Positions 39,921 to 50,602 of a DNA stretch of 53,433 bases are shown in pieces; position 1 is the stretch's first letter; each line of letters starts with the position of its first letter. The stretch lies in NCBI GenBank assembly GCA_039815185.1, contig JBCBZT010000051.1, positions 1-53,433 of the forward strand, written 5' to 3'. A program made the position numbers and the translations under genes. The notes under the pieces are model-generated. The model saw only the letters and a program-made list of their open reading frames with translations, ran no database searches and was not told where the DNA came from. The stretch comes from Cyanobacteria bacterium P01_A01_bin.123. GTDB lineage: Bacteria; Cyanobacteriota; Cyanobacteriia; Phormidesmidales; Phormidesmidaceae.

Positions 39921-42900
39921 TCAAACAACGCCTAATCCTCTGAAAGGCATCGCGATTGTGGGCATGGCGGGCCGTTTCCCTGGGGCAAAAGGGATCGATC
40001 AGTTTTGGCAGAACCTTTGTGAGGGGGTTGAATCCATTTCCTTCTTCACGGATGAGGAGTTGGTGGCTGCAGGGGCAGATTCAGCGCTGCTCAATGACTC
40101 CAGCTATGTCAAAGCTGGGGCAGTGTTAGACGACATTGAGAGGTTTGACGCTCGATTCTTTGGTTTTTCAGCCCGTGAAGCTGAAATGATGGATCCACAG
40201 CATCGTCTGTTTTTGGAATGTGCTTGGGAGGCGCTGGAAGACGCGGGCTATGACCCTGAAACAGAGCCAGGGTTGATCGGCGTTTATGCGGGCGGTAACC
40301 TCAGCAGCTATCTATTGAACAATCTGACTGCAGCCCATGAACCGCTCAAATCCATGGTTGGGGAAACTGTCTTGATTGGCAATGATAAGGACTATATTGC
40401 GACCCGGGTTTCCTATAAGTTGAACTTGCAGGGGCCAAGTTTTAATGTCAGCACGGCTTGCTCCACATCATTAGTCGCGGTTCATTTGGCCTGCCGAGGA
40501 TTACTGAGCTACGAGTGCGATGCGGCATTGGCGGGCGGTATTGCCATACAGGTGCCGCAAGCATCGGGTTATTTATATCAGTTAGGCGGGTTTTCTTCGC
40601 CGGATGGCCACTGTCGGGCCTTTGATGCGGACGCCCGGGGAACCATTTTTGGCAATGGGGTGGGCATTGTGGTGCTCAAGCGATTGGAGGATGCCCTGGC
40701 CGATGGCGACTATATTCATGCCGTGATTAAAGGCTCAGCCATCAATAACGACGGTTCCTCGAAGGTGGGCTATACGGCCCCTAGTGTTGAGGGGCAAGCA
40801 GAGGCCATTGCTGAGAGTCAAGCGATCGCGGGCTTTAATCCCGAAACAATAACTTATATTGAAGCCCACGGAACAGGCACCGCTTTAGGCGACCCGATTG
40901 AAATTGCGGCACTGACACAAGTATTTCGGGCCAGCACCCAGAAAAACGACTTCTGTGGCATTGGCTCAGTCAAGACTAATGTTGGTCATCTCAATTCAGC
41001 CTCTGGGGTAACGGGTTTAATCAAAACCGTCCTGGCATTGAAGCATAAACAGATTCCCCCGAGCTTGCATTTTGAAGCCCCCAATCCTGAGATCGATTTT
41101 GCTAACAGTCCGTTTTACGTCAATACCAAGCTGACGCCGTGGCAAACGAACGGGACACCACGGCGAGCTGGGGTGAGTTCATTCGGTGTCGGTGGCACCA
41201 ATGCCCATGTGGTGTTGGAAGAAGCCCCGCCGGTTGAGGTGTCTGGCCCGTCGCGCCCATGGCAATTGCTGCTGCTTTCAGCAAAAACCCACTCAGCACT
41301 AGAGACTGCCACGGAGAATTTGGTACATCATTTGGACGATGAGCTGAATTTGGCAGATGTGGCGTACACCCTCAACGTGGGTCGCCGAGCCTTCAACCAT
41401 CGCCGTTTTGTCGTGAGCCAGGGGATTGAGACCGCCCAAAGTGCCCTCAGGAGTCTTAAGCCTGACTGGGTTGGGACGCATCTGCAAACACCTGGAGAGC
41501 GACCAGTGGTGTTTATGTTCTCGGGGCAGGGAGCCCAATACGTGAACATGGCCCAAGCGCTTTACCAGAGTGAAGCTACCTTTGCCAAACAGGTGGATAT
41601 CTGCTGTGAGCTGCTGAAACCACACCTGGGAGTAGACCTACGGCAAGTCCTGTATCCGGATCCTGAGCAGTTAGCGTCAGCGAGTGAGCAATTGCAACAG
41701 ACTGCTTTGGCTCAACCAGCGCTGTTTGTGATTGAGTATGCCTTAGCCCAACTGTGGCAGGAATGGGGCGTGTGTCCGAAAGCTATGATGGGCCACAGCA
41801 TTGGGGAATATGTCGCGGCCACCCTGGCGGGCGTCTGGTCATTAGATGATGCCTTGGCATTGGTGGCAGCGCGCGGAAAGTTAATGCAGAGATTGCCCTC
41901 CGGGAGCATGCTAGCGGTGCCCCTTTCTGAGGAAGAGGTGATGCCGCTGTTGGGTCAGGAACTGTCTCTAGCAGTGATTAATGGCCCCACATCTTGTGTA
42001 ATGTCGGGTGCGACTGAAGCGATAGAGGCATTGGAGAGTCAGTTAGCGTCGCAAGGGATTGAAGGTCGCCGTCTCCATACCTCCCATGCGTTCCATTCCT
42101 CGATGATGGAGCCGATATTAGAGAGCTTCACGCAAAAGGTGAAGCAAGTGCAACTCAGTGCGCCCCAGATCCCCTACCTCTCCAATGTGACAGGGACTTG
42201 GATTACGGCTGAGGAAGCAACGAGTCCGGCCTATTGGGCGAGGCATTTACGGCAACCCGTGCGCTGGGCTTCTGGATTGGACGTGTTAATGGAAGACCCG
42301 TCGCAGATTTTGGTAGAGATAGGACCAGGACGCACTTTAACAACCCTCGCAAAACGACATCCTGAGCAGGTGCCTAAGCAGGTCGTGTTGTCCTGCATCA
42401 GACATCCGCAAGAGACTGTTTCAGATGTAGCATTTTTGTTGAAGACTGTGGGTCAGTTGTGGCTAGCAGGAGTAGACGTTGATTGGTCTGGCTTTTATGC
42501 TCACGAGCGACGTCATCGACTGCCTCTACCGACCTATCCCTTTGAACGTCAGCGCTATTGGGTTGAAGCAACCAAAGCTGCCGCCAGGGGGCAACTCCCC
42601 TCGACCTTTAACCTTTGGCAATCGCTCGTGCAGGCGGGTCAACATCAGGCCGATGTCGGTACCTCGGATTTCGATGCAGAGGGCTATTTAGAGAACCAAG
42701 CCAGTTTAGAGTCTCTGTGTTTGGCTTATATGAACCTTGGACTGAGGCAGTTAGGGGTTTTTGAGAGTCCGATTCAGCGGTACTCACTTGAAGCGATTTT
42801 GGAGAAGTGTCAGATAGTTCCGCACTATCGGCAATTAGTCTCTCGCTGGCTGCAAGTACTCGTAGAACAGGGCCATTTGCAGATAACGAGGGACTTATTT

Positions 42901-45900
42901 AGCCATTTAGCACCCTGTTCAGCAGATTCTGTGAAGGTGCTTCTAGAGAAGGTCAAAAGTAAGTGGGCAGATCGGCCCAAAATCGTCGATTTAGTCCAAA
43001 ATTGTGGCGAAAATTTGGTTTCTGTTTTGCTGGGTGAACAAGAACCATTGAAATTTTTTCAGGATCTGATATACGACTTTGATGAAGCCGAGGATGTTAA
43101 CCAGCAATTTCCCTTAAATGCCTATTACAACAGCATCTTGCAGGCAATCGCGAAGCAAGCTGTAGATGCCTTACCGCCGCTAACCCATCTGAGAGTCCTG
43201 GAAGTGGGTGGGGGGCAGGGGCTAGCGACCCGGGCATTACTCCCGGTATTGCCTTCTGAGCGAACCCAGTATACATTCACCGATATCGGGGCTTCCTTCC
43301 TCAACAGTGGCAAGAAGAAGTTTAGTGCCTATCCTTTTATCGACTATCGTCTCCTGGACATTGAGCAGCCTCCCACGGAACAAGGGTATGCAGAGCACAG
43401 CTTTGATGTGGTGATCGCTGTCAATGTGCTGCATGTGACCCAAAATATCGGTGCAACGCTCCAACATATCCGCTCTTTGCTTGCTCCGGATGGCTTATTG
43501 TTGATTTGTGAGTTAACTCAAGCGTCACCCTACTTTGACACCACCTGGGGTTTGCTGATGAATCCAGTTGCCGATGAAGGGCGCAGCCAAGGCAATCCGT
43601 TTTTATCCCGGCAGCAGTGGCGAGTAGCCCTTTTGGAACGTGGGTTTGTAGAAGTGGAAGCGTTCCCGGTTGCTGACACATTGGGGCAGCATATCTTGAT
43701 GGCCCAGGCAACGGCATCAACAGCGCTACCGACCCCTGCCGCCTTTATCCAAACCCTGGAACAGAAAGATACTGAGCAACCCCCTCAAGTCCCAGGTGGC
43801 AAAAAGCCGGACATCACTGATTGGTTCTATGTCCCCTCGTGGAAACGTTCTGCACTGCCACCTACGATTCAGGCAACTCAGCCTAGCTGCTGGTTAATGT
43901 TTATCGATGAGTGTGGTTTGAGTGCCAAAATCCTAAAGCGACTAGAGCTTGAAGGCCATGATGTAATTGCGGTCAAGATTGGGGAGAAATTTAGGAACCC
44001 CGGTTCCCCTGCTGAGACCCCCAAAGAATACACGATTAATCCTCAATGCAAGGAGGATTATGATGCCTTGCTCAGAGAATTGATTGACCTGAATTGGGTT
44101 CCGACGAAGATCGCCCATCTATGGAATGTTACCCCCCCTAGTTACACGGCGTTAGGGCTAGATACGATCACGCTAGCTCAAGAGAAAGGACTCTATTCGC
44201 TGCTGTTCCTTGTACAGGCACTGGGACAACAGAATTTGACGAGTGACAGTGACTTGCAAATCGACGTGATTTCTAGTCATCTCCAGTCAGTGACCGGAGA
44301 GGAAAAGCTATCTATAGAGAAAGCCCCCTTGTTGGGAGCTGTCAGGGTGATTCCCCTGGAATATCCAAACCTGAGTTGTCGGAGCATTGATGTGTTGTTG
44401 CCTGACGACAGTGGGCAAGCAGAAAAACTGGCAGAGCATTTGTGCGCTGAACTCAGTGTGAATGCTGCTGAGCCAGTGATTGCCTATCGGGGTATGCATC
44501 GCTGGTTGCAATTCTTTGAGCCCGTGCCCTTGGAGAACCCGAGCGAGGCAAAGTCACGGTTAAGAGAGGAGGGTGTTTATCTCATCACAGGGGGCTTAGG
44601 AGCGATTGGGTTGACCTTGGCAGACTATTTGGCTAAAGCGGTACGAGCCAAGCTGATCCTCATAGGACGTTCGGATTTTCCGGCCAAAGATGAGTGGGAA
44701 CAGTGGCTGTCGAACCACGAGCCGGAGACTGACATTAGTTACAAGATTCTTCAGTTACAAGCACTGGAAGCATGTGGAGCCGAAGTTTTGGTCGTCAGTG
44801 CAGATGTGGCTAACCTCGAGCAGATGCAACAAGTGGTTGCTCAAGCTCAGGAGTACTTTGGCCCGATTAATGGGGTCATCCACTCTGCGGGTGTTCTGGG
44901 CGACAGCATGATTGTGCGCAAAACCCGTGAAGCGGTCGAAAACACCTTGTCTTCTAAGGTGGGGGGTACCCTCGTTCTGGATAACATTTTTCAAGATGCT
45001 GAGCTGGACTTTATGGTTCTGTGCTCATCCCTGGCTTCCATCAAACCTTTATTTGGCCAGATTAGCTATTCCTCAGCCAATAACTTTTTGGATGCCTTTG
45101 CTCATCATCGCAATACTACCAAGGGTGGCTTGACCGTCTCGATTAATTGGGATGGTTGGCAAGCAGGTGGGATGGGAGTAGAAGGGGTGAAGCGATTGGA
45201 GCAAGCTCTGGCGTTGCCCAAACTGCAACGGAAAGACGTAACGCACCCGTTGTTTGAGGAATGTTTAGTCGAGGGACAAGCGCAGGCCATCTATGTCTCC
45301 AAGCTACAAGTAAATCAGAACTGGGTTCTTGATGAACACAGGCTGATGGAGCAGGCGACCCTACCGGGAACCGCTTACTTAGAAATGGTAAGAGCGGCCG
45401 GGGCAGATTACACTCAGCAGACCCTGTTAGAAATCCGAGAAATTTACTTCCTGAAGCCCCTAATTGTAGAAGAGAGCGAGGAAAAAGAAGTTCGGACGAT
45501 TCTGCAAGACCAAGGCGAGATAGTCGAGTTTGTGGTGATGAGTCAATCCCCCTCAGAATCAAAGGGATGGATTGAACATGCTCGCGGTAAGATCGCCAAC
45601 TTGAAATCAGAATATGTGGAACCGGTATCCATTGATGACCTGGAAGCTAAGTGTAACCAGCAGATCATCACCTTTTCTAAGCAACAGCTGCAGATACCAC
45701 CAGAAGTTTTGAAACTTGGGGAAAGATGGAATAATCTGCAGTGGATAAAACAGGGTAAAAATCAAGCGCTGGCTTGCTTAGAGTTGCCTGAAGCATATGC
45801 CAACGATCTCAACTTGTATCAGTTGCATCCGGCCTTACTGGATATGGCTACTGCGTTTTTCAATCTGGGATTTCAGGAGGAAACAAGCGTTTATCTGCCG

Positions 45901-47871
45901 TTTTGCTATAAGCGATTGCAAGTCAGAGGAGAGCTACCGCAACGAGTCTATAGCTATATCCAGGTGTTGGAAGGTAGTGAAGTGTCAGGAGAGACCCTGA
46001 AGTTTAACATCACGATTTTCAATGAAGCAGGAAGGAAACTCGTTGAGAGTGAAGAATATACCCTGAGGCGAATCAATCCAGGCAACGTCGATAGGGGTAA
46101 GGCAGATAAGGCCAGCGCCGATCAGCGCACCACTCAAAAGTTGAGTGTCCCGAGTGAGAACTATACGCTGAATATCTCTCGTCCTGGTCGGTTGCATACG
46201 CTCAGATTCCAGCCAACAGAACGTATGCATCCTGGCCTTGGCGAGGTTGAAATAGAAGTTGCAGCAACGGGGCTGAACTTCATGGAAGTGCTGGTTGCCC
46301 TAGGGTTGTTGCCAATCCCCGCTGACATGGCCTTTAGCTTTGGGCTTGAATGTGCTGGCAGAGTCAGTGCCTTGGGAGAGGGGGTAGAAGACTTTGAAGT
46401 TGGTGATGAAGTGATTGCCTTGGGGACAGCCTGCTTTAGCCGTTTCATGACAACATCAGCTCAGTTAGTGGCCCCCAAACCTGACCATTTAAGCCTCGAA
46501 GAAGCTGCTACCATCCCCATTGCCTTTGTCACGGCCTACATTGCCTTAATGCATTTTGGCAGGCTGCAGTCGGGTGAGAAGGTACTGATTCACTCTGCGG
46601 CTGGAGGGGTCGGGATGGCGGCAGTGCAAATCGCGCAGTGGGTTGGGGCAGACATCTTTGCGACGGCAGGCACTCCTGAGAAACGGGAGTTCTTGCACTC
46701 ATTAGGAATTAAGCACGTGATGGATTCTCGCTCGCTTGCGTTTGCCGATGAGGTGATGGGCCTAACCGAGGGAGCTGGGGTGGATGTGGTGTTGAACTCG
46801 TTGGGGGGCGAATTTATCTCGAAGAGTCTCTCGGTGCTGGGGCGCTATGGCCGCTTCCTAGAATTGGGGTTGCGTGATATTGTCAACGATACGCCTCTAG
46901 GTCTAGGTGTTTTTGAGAAACGCTTATCCTTTTTTGCCATTCATGCAGAGCCAGAGCTTCCAGGCTTTAGTGCCTTTTGGCAAGAAGTGGTGCAACATTT
47001 CCAACAACAGAATTTCCGGCCCATGCCCCACAAGGTATTCCCCCTTGGAGAAGCCTCGAATGCGTTTGAATATATGAGTCAGGGCAAGCACATCGGCAAA
47101 ATCGTCTTGTCTTTTGAGGACAAAGCGGCGTTAGAGCAAGTCTTGATGGCTCAAGCAGAAGAGACTGAGGACACCGCAGAGCCAGGAGCTTTTGCGATCC
47201 CCTTCTCTGCAGTGTCCTCTGGGGTGGGGGCTGAGGGGCGGGCGCGTCAGCCAGCGGCTGCGACTGCCAACACCTTGCCCGTAGATATTCGTGCCGATTG
47301 GTTGTCCCCATCAGAGGGGATAGACGTCTTTGAGCGAATTATGGCAGGTAGTCGCTTTGCCCAGGTATTAGTCTCGACCAGCAACTTCCTGACTCGCGGT
47401 GAGCCGAACAGTCCCTATGAGATGCTAAGTCTGAAGCATGTAGAGAACGCCTCACAGTCCATGCAGGCAACCCATGCACGCCCAGAATTAGAGAATGCTT
47501 ATGTGGCACCTAAGAATGAGATTGAGCAAGTGCTTGCCCAAGTCTGGCAAGAGGTTTTAGGTATCAAGCAGATCGGCATCCACGACAACTTCTTTGACTT
47601 GGGAGGAGACTCCCTGCTGGCTACACAAGTCGTTTCTAAGTTAGAGAAATTTCCCATTAATCTACCCAGTTATTTGTTAGAGACAGCGGTTGTTGAAATA
47701 TTCAATTATTCAACCATCCAATCTTTTGCTCGGTACTTAAGTCAAGAACAAACTCCAGAAGCTCCTGTGGAAGAGGGGAGCGAGCGTGCGAAGTCTCGTA
47801 ACGCTCGACAAGGCTTAAGAGAAAAGCAGAAGCAATCCAGACAGAAGCATCGCTTAAAGAACAAATCATAA
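39913..47871 (+). CDS. Type I PKS module 2: KS-AT-cMT-KR(with DH-ER insert)-ACP
   Basis: GTG start overlaps the previous gene after a GGAGG RBS; TACSTS, GHSIG/HAFH, LEVGGGQG, TGGLGAIG/YSSAN, HRLMEQATLP, HSAAGGVG, GGDSL. Confidence 0.93.
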   Translation: MDNQTTPNPLKGIAIVGMAGRFPGAKGIDQFWQNLCEGVESISFFTDEELVAAGADSALLNDSSYVKAGAVLDDIERFDARFFGFSAREAEMMDPQHRLFLECAWEALEDAGYDPETEPGLIGVYAGGNLSSYLLNNLTAAHEPLKSMVGETVLIGNDKDYIATRVSYKLNLQGPSFNVSTACSTSLVAVHLACRGLLSYECDAALAGGIAIQVPQASGYLYQLGGFSSPDGHCRAFDADARGTIFGNGVGIVVLKRLEDALADGDYIHAVIKGSAINNDGSSKVGYTAPSVEGQAEAIAESQAIAGFNPETITYIEAHGTGTALGDPIEIAALTQVFRASTQKNDFCGIGSVKTNVGHLNSASGVTGLIKTVLALKHKQIPPSLHFEAPNPEIDFANSPFYVNTKLTPWQTNGTPRRAGVSSFGVGGTNAHVVLEEAPPVEVSGPSRPWQLLLLSAKTHSALETATENLVHHLDDELNLADVAYTLNVGRRAFNHRRFVVSQGIETAQSALRSLKPDWVGTHLQTPGERPVVFMFSGQGAQYVNMAQALYQSEATFAKQVDICCELLKPHLGVDLRQVLYPDPEQLASASEQLQQTALAQPALFVIEYALAQLWQEWGVCPKAMMGHSIGEYVAATLAGVWSLDDALALVAARGKLMQRLPSGSMLAVPLSEEEVMPLLGQELSLAVINGPTSCVMSGATEAIEALESQLASQGIEGRRLHTSHAFHSSMMEPILESFTQKVKQVQLSAPQIPYLSNVTGTWITAEEATSPAYWARHLRQPVRWASGLDVLMEDPSQILVEIGPGRTLTTLAKRHPEQVPKQVVLSCIRHPQETVSDVAFLLKTVGQLWLAGVDVDWSGFYAHERRHRLPLPTYPFERQRYWVEATKAAARGQLPSTFNLWQSLVQAGQHQADVGTSDFDAEGYLENQASLESLCLAYMNLGLRQLGVFESPIQRYSLEAILEKCQIVPHYRQLVSRWLQVLVEQGHLQITRDLFSHLAPCSADSVKVLLEKVKSKWADRPKIVDLVQNCGENLVSVLLGEQEPLKFFQDLIYDFDEAEDVNQQFPLNAYYNSILQAIAKQAVDALPPLTHLRVLEVGGGQGLATRALLPVLPSERTQYTFTDIGASFLNSGKKKFSAYPFIDYRLLDIEQPPTEQGYAEHSFDVVIAVNVLHVTQNIGATLQHIRSLLAPDGLLLICELTQASPYFDTTWGLLMNPVADEGRSQGNPFLSRQQWRVALLERGFVEVEAFPVADTLGQHILMAQATASTALPTPAAFIQTLEQKDTEQPPQVPGGKKPDITDWFYVPSWKRSALPPTIQATQPSCWLMFIDECGLSAKILKRLELEGHDVIAVKIGEKFRNPGSPAETPKEYTINPQCKEDYDALLRELIDLNWVPTKIAHLWNVTPPSYTALGLDTITLAQEKGLYSLLFLVQALGQQNLTSDSDLQIDVISSHLQSVTGEEKLSIEKAPLLGAVRVIPLEYPNLSCRSIDVLLPDDSGQAEKLAEHLCAELSVNAAEPVIAYRGMHRWLQFFEPVPLENPSEAKSRLREEGVYLITGGLGAIGLTLADYLAKAVRAKLILIGRSDFPAKDEWEQWLSNHEPETDISYKILQLQALEACGAEVLVVSADVANLEQMQQVVAQAQEYFGPINGVIHSAGVLGDSMIVRKTREAVENTLSSKVGGTLVLDNIFQDAELDFMVLCSSLASIKPLFGQISYSSANNFLDAFAHHRNTTKGGLTVSINWDGWQAGGMGVEGVKRLEQALALPKLQRKDVTHPLFEECLVEGQAQAIYVSKLQVNQNWVLDEHRLMEQATLPGTAYLEMVRAAGADYTQQTLLEIREIYFLKPLIVEESEEKEVRTILQDQGEIVEFVVMSQSPSESKGWIEHARGKIANLKSEYVEPVSIDDLEAKCNQQIITFSKQQLQIPPEVLKLGERWNNLQWIKQGKNQALACLELPEAYANDLNLYQLHPALLDMATAFFNLGFQEETSVYLPFCYKRLQVRGELPQRVYSYIQVLEGSEVSGETLKFNITIFNEAGRKLVESEEYTLRRINPGNVDRGKADKASADQRTTQKLSVPSENYTLNISRPGRLHTLRFQPTERMHPGLGEVEIEVAATGLNFMEVLVALGLLPIPADMAFSFGLECAGRVSALGEGVEDFEVGDEVIALGTACFSRFMTTSAQLVAPKPDHLSLEEAATIPIAFVTAYIALMHFGRLQSGEKVLIHSAAGGVGMAAVQIAQWVGADIFATAGTPEKREFLHSLGIKHVMDSRSLAFADEVMGLTEGAGVDVVLNSLGGEFISKSLSVLGRYGRFLELGLRDIVNDTPLGLGVFEKRLSFFAIHAEPELPGFSAFWQEVVQHFQQQNFRPMPHKVFPLGEASNAFEYMSQGKHIGKIVLSFEDKAALEQVLMAQAEETEDTAEPGAFAIPFSAVSSGVGAEGRARQPAAATANTLPVDIRADWLSPSEGIDVFERIMAGSRFAQVLVSTSNFLTRGEPNSPYEMLSLKHVENASQSMQATHARPELENAYVAPKNEIEQVLAQVWQEVLGIKQIGIHDNFFDLGGDSLLATQVVSKLEKFPINLPSYLLETAVVEIFNYSTIQSFARYLSQEQTPEAPVEEGSERAKSRNARQGLREKQKQSRQKHRLKNKS

Positions 47872-50602
47872 TGAGTTAAACACCCATCTTTACGCTTCCA
47901 TTGCAATTTGTTTGTAGAGTCTGAACCTAAGAATTGAGAGGTTTGAGCTTTAGATGAAAGGATCGCATTTGCATAATATGAATGGCTCAGAGATAGCTAT
48001 TGTCGGTATGTCTGGCCGTTTCCCGGGAGCCAGGGATATTGATGCGTTTTGGCAGAACCTGCAAGATGGCATAGAATCGACCTCATTTTTCTCTGATTCG
48101 GAACTAACTTCTTCAGGCGTATCTCCTACCCTGCTGAGTGATCCTGGTTATGTCAAAGCAAAGCCTATTCTTTCAGATGTTGAACTGTTTGATGCTGAAT
48201 TCTTTGGCTTTAGCCCTAAAGAAGCTGAAATGATGGATCCGCAACATCGTCTCTTCTTGGAACATGCTTGGGAGGCACTTGAAAATGCCGGTTACAATCC
48301 TGAAGCTTACGATGGGCTGATTGGTGTTTATGCAGGTGTAGACATCAATAGTTACTTACTCAACAACGTTTATCCATGTTATGGAAATGTCCTAGATTTA
48401 CAAACACTTATTGGTAACGCGACTGATTATCTCTCTACCCGAGTATCTTACAAGCTGAATTTGAAGGGGCCTTCTGTCACTGTTCAAACAGCCTGTTCTA
48501 CTTCTTTAGTATCCGTCCACATGGCATGCCAGAGTTTGCTGAGTGGTGAATGTGATCTATCTTTAGCTGGTGGTATTTCACTCACGGTTCCCCAAAAAGT
48601 TGGATATTCCTACCAGGAAGGGGGAATTGCTTCGTCGGATGGTCATTGTCGTGCCTTTGATGCTGAAGCCAAAGGAACCATTTTTGGTGAAGGTGTGGGA
48701 GTTGTCGCTTTAAAGAGACTAACGGATGCCTTGGCAGATGGTGACTGTATTTATGCAACTATTAAAGGCTCAGCGATTAACAATGATGGGGCTTTGAAAG
48801 CTGGCTATACAGCCCCTAGTCGAGATGGCCAAGCAGCAGTGATTTCAGAAGCTCAGGCTGTGGCCGAAATTAATCCAGAAACAATCACCTACATTGAGGC
48901 CCACGGAACAGGCACCGCTTTAGGCGACCCGATTGAAATTGCGGCACTGACACAAGTATTTCGTAGAAGTACTGATAAAGAAAAGTTCTGTGCGATCGGT
49001 TCGGTCAAGACCAATGTCGGGCATCTCATGACAGCTGCTGGCGTAACCAGCTTGATTAAGACAATCTTGGGTCTCAAAAACCGCTTGATTCCCCCGAGTC
49101 TGCATTTTGAATCCCCCAATCCCAAAATCGATTTTGCCAACAGTCCGTTTTACGTCAATACCCAGCTGTCGCCCTGGAAAACGAACGGGACACCACGACG
49201 AGCTGGGGTGAGTTCGTTTGGCGTCGGCGGTACCAATGCCCATGTGGTGCTGGAAGAAGCTCCGCTGGTTGAGGCGTCTGGCCCGTCGCGCCCGTGGCAG
49301 TTGCTGTTGCTTTCGGCCAAAACCAATTCAGCCTTAGAAACCGCCACAACCAACTTGGCGCAATACTTGCAAGGTAATCTGAATCTGGCGGATGTGGCGT
49401 ACACCCTCAGCGTGGGGCGTAAAGCCTTCAACCATCGACGGATGTTGGTTGTCCAGGATATTGAGGCAGCCAAAACCGCTCTGAGTCGTGATGGTTCTGA
49501 GCCAGTGTTAAGTCACCTGCAAGAACCAGGGGGGTATCCGGTGGTGTTTATGTTCTCGGGGCAGGGAGCCCAATACGTAAACATGGCCCAGGAGCTCTAC
49601 CAGAGTGAAGCGACCTTTGCCGAACAGATTGATATCTGCTGTGAGCTACTGAAACCCCATCTGGGCCTAGACCTACGCCAAGTCCTGTATCCGGATCCTG
49701 AGCAGTTAGCGTCAGCGAGTGAGCAATTGCAACAGACCGCTTTGGCTCAACCAGCGCTGTTTGTGATTGAGTATGCCTTAGCCCAACTATGGCAGGAATG
49801 GGGCGTGTGTCCGAAAGCTATGATGGGTCACAGCATTGGGGAATATGTCGCGGCTACCCTGGCGGGTGTTTGGTCACTAGAAGATGCCTTAGCACTGGTA
49901 GCAGTGCGCGGAAAGTTAATGCAGGGGTTGCCGTCCGGGAGCATGCTAGCGGTGCCCCTTTCTGAGGAAGAGGTGCTCCCCCTACTGGATGAGAAATTGT
50001 CGCTAGCAGTGATTAATGGCCCCGCTACCTGTGTGGTGTCAGGTACCACTGAAGCGATAGAGGTATTGGAGCGTCAGTTAGCGAGTCAAGGCGTTGACAG
50101 TCGTCGTCTACACACCTCCCATGCGTTCCATTCCTCGATGATGGAGCCGATACTGGAGACATTCACCGCTAGGGTGAAACAAGTGCAACTCAGTGCACCT
50201 CAAATTCCCTACCTCTCCAATGTGACGGGAACTTGGATTACGGCTGAGGAAGCAACGAGTCCGACCTATTGGGCGAAGCATTTACGACAACCCGTGCGCT
50301 GGGCTTCTGGCTTGGACGTGTTAATGGAAGACCCGTCGCAAATTTTGGTAGAGATAGGACCAGGACGCACTTTAACAACCCTCGCAAAACGACATCCTGA
50401 GCAGGTGCCTAAGCAGGTCGTGTTGTCCTGCATCAGACATCCGCAAGAGACTGTTTCAGATGTAGCGTTTTTGTTGAAGACTGTGGGTCAGTTATGGCTA
50501 GCAGGAGTAGACGTTGATTGGTCTGGCTTTTATGCTCACGAGCAACGTCATCGACTGCCTCTACCGACCTATCCCTTTGAACGTCAGCGCTACTGGGTTG
50601 AA
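41506..50602 (+). repeat. Near-identical AT-domain DNA shared by PKS2 (41506-42567) and PKS3 (49541-50602)
   Basis: Constant offset of 8035 nt at both ends, with long identical stretches including synonymous sites. Confidence 0.9.

Noticed and set aside
31962..47871. PKS1 and PKS2 both listed as exactly 2652 aa
   Set aside because: Depends on an upstream GTG for PKS1 (ATG 31968/31971 is more likely), and the proteins differ by many indels; coincidence.
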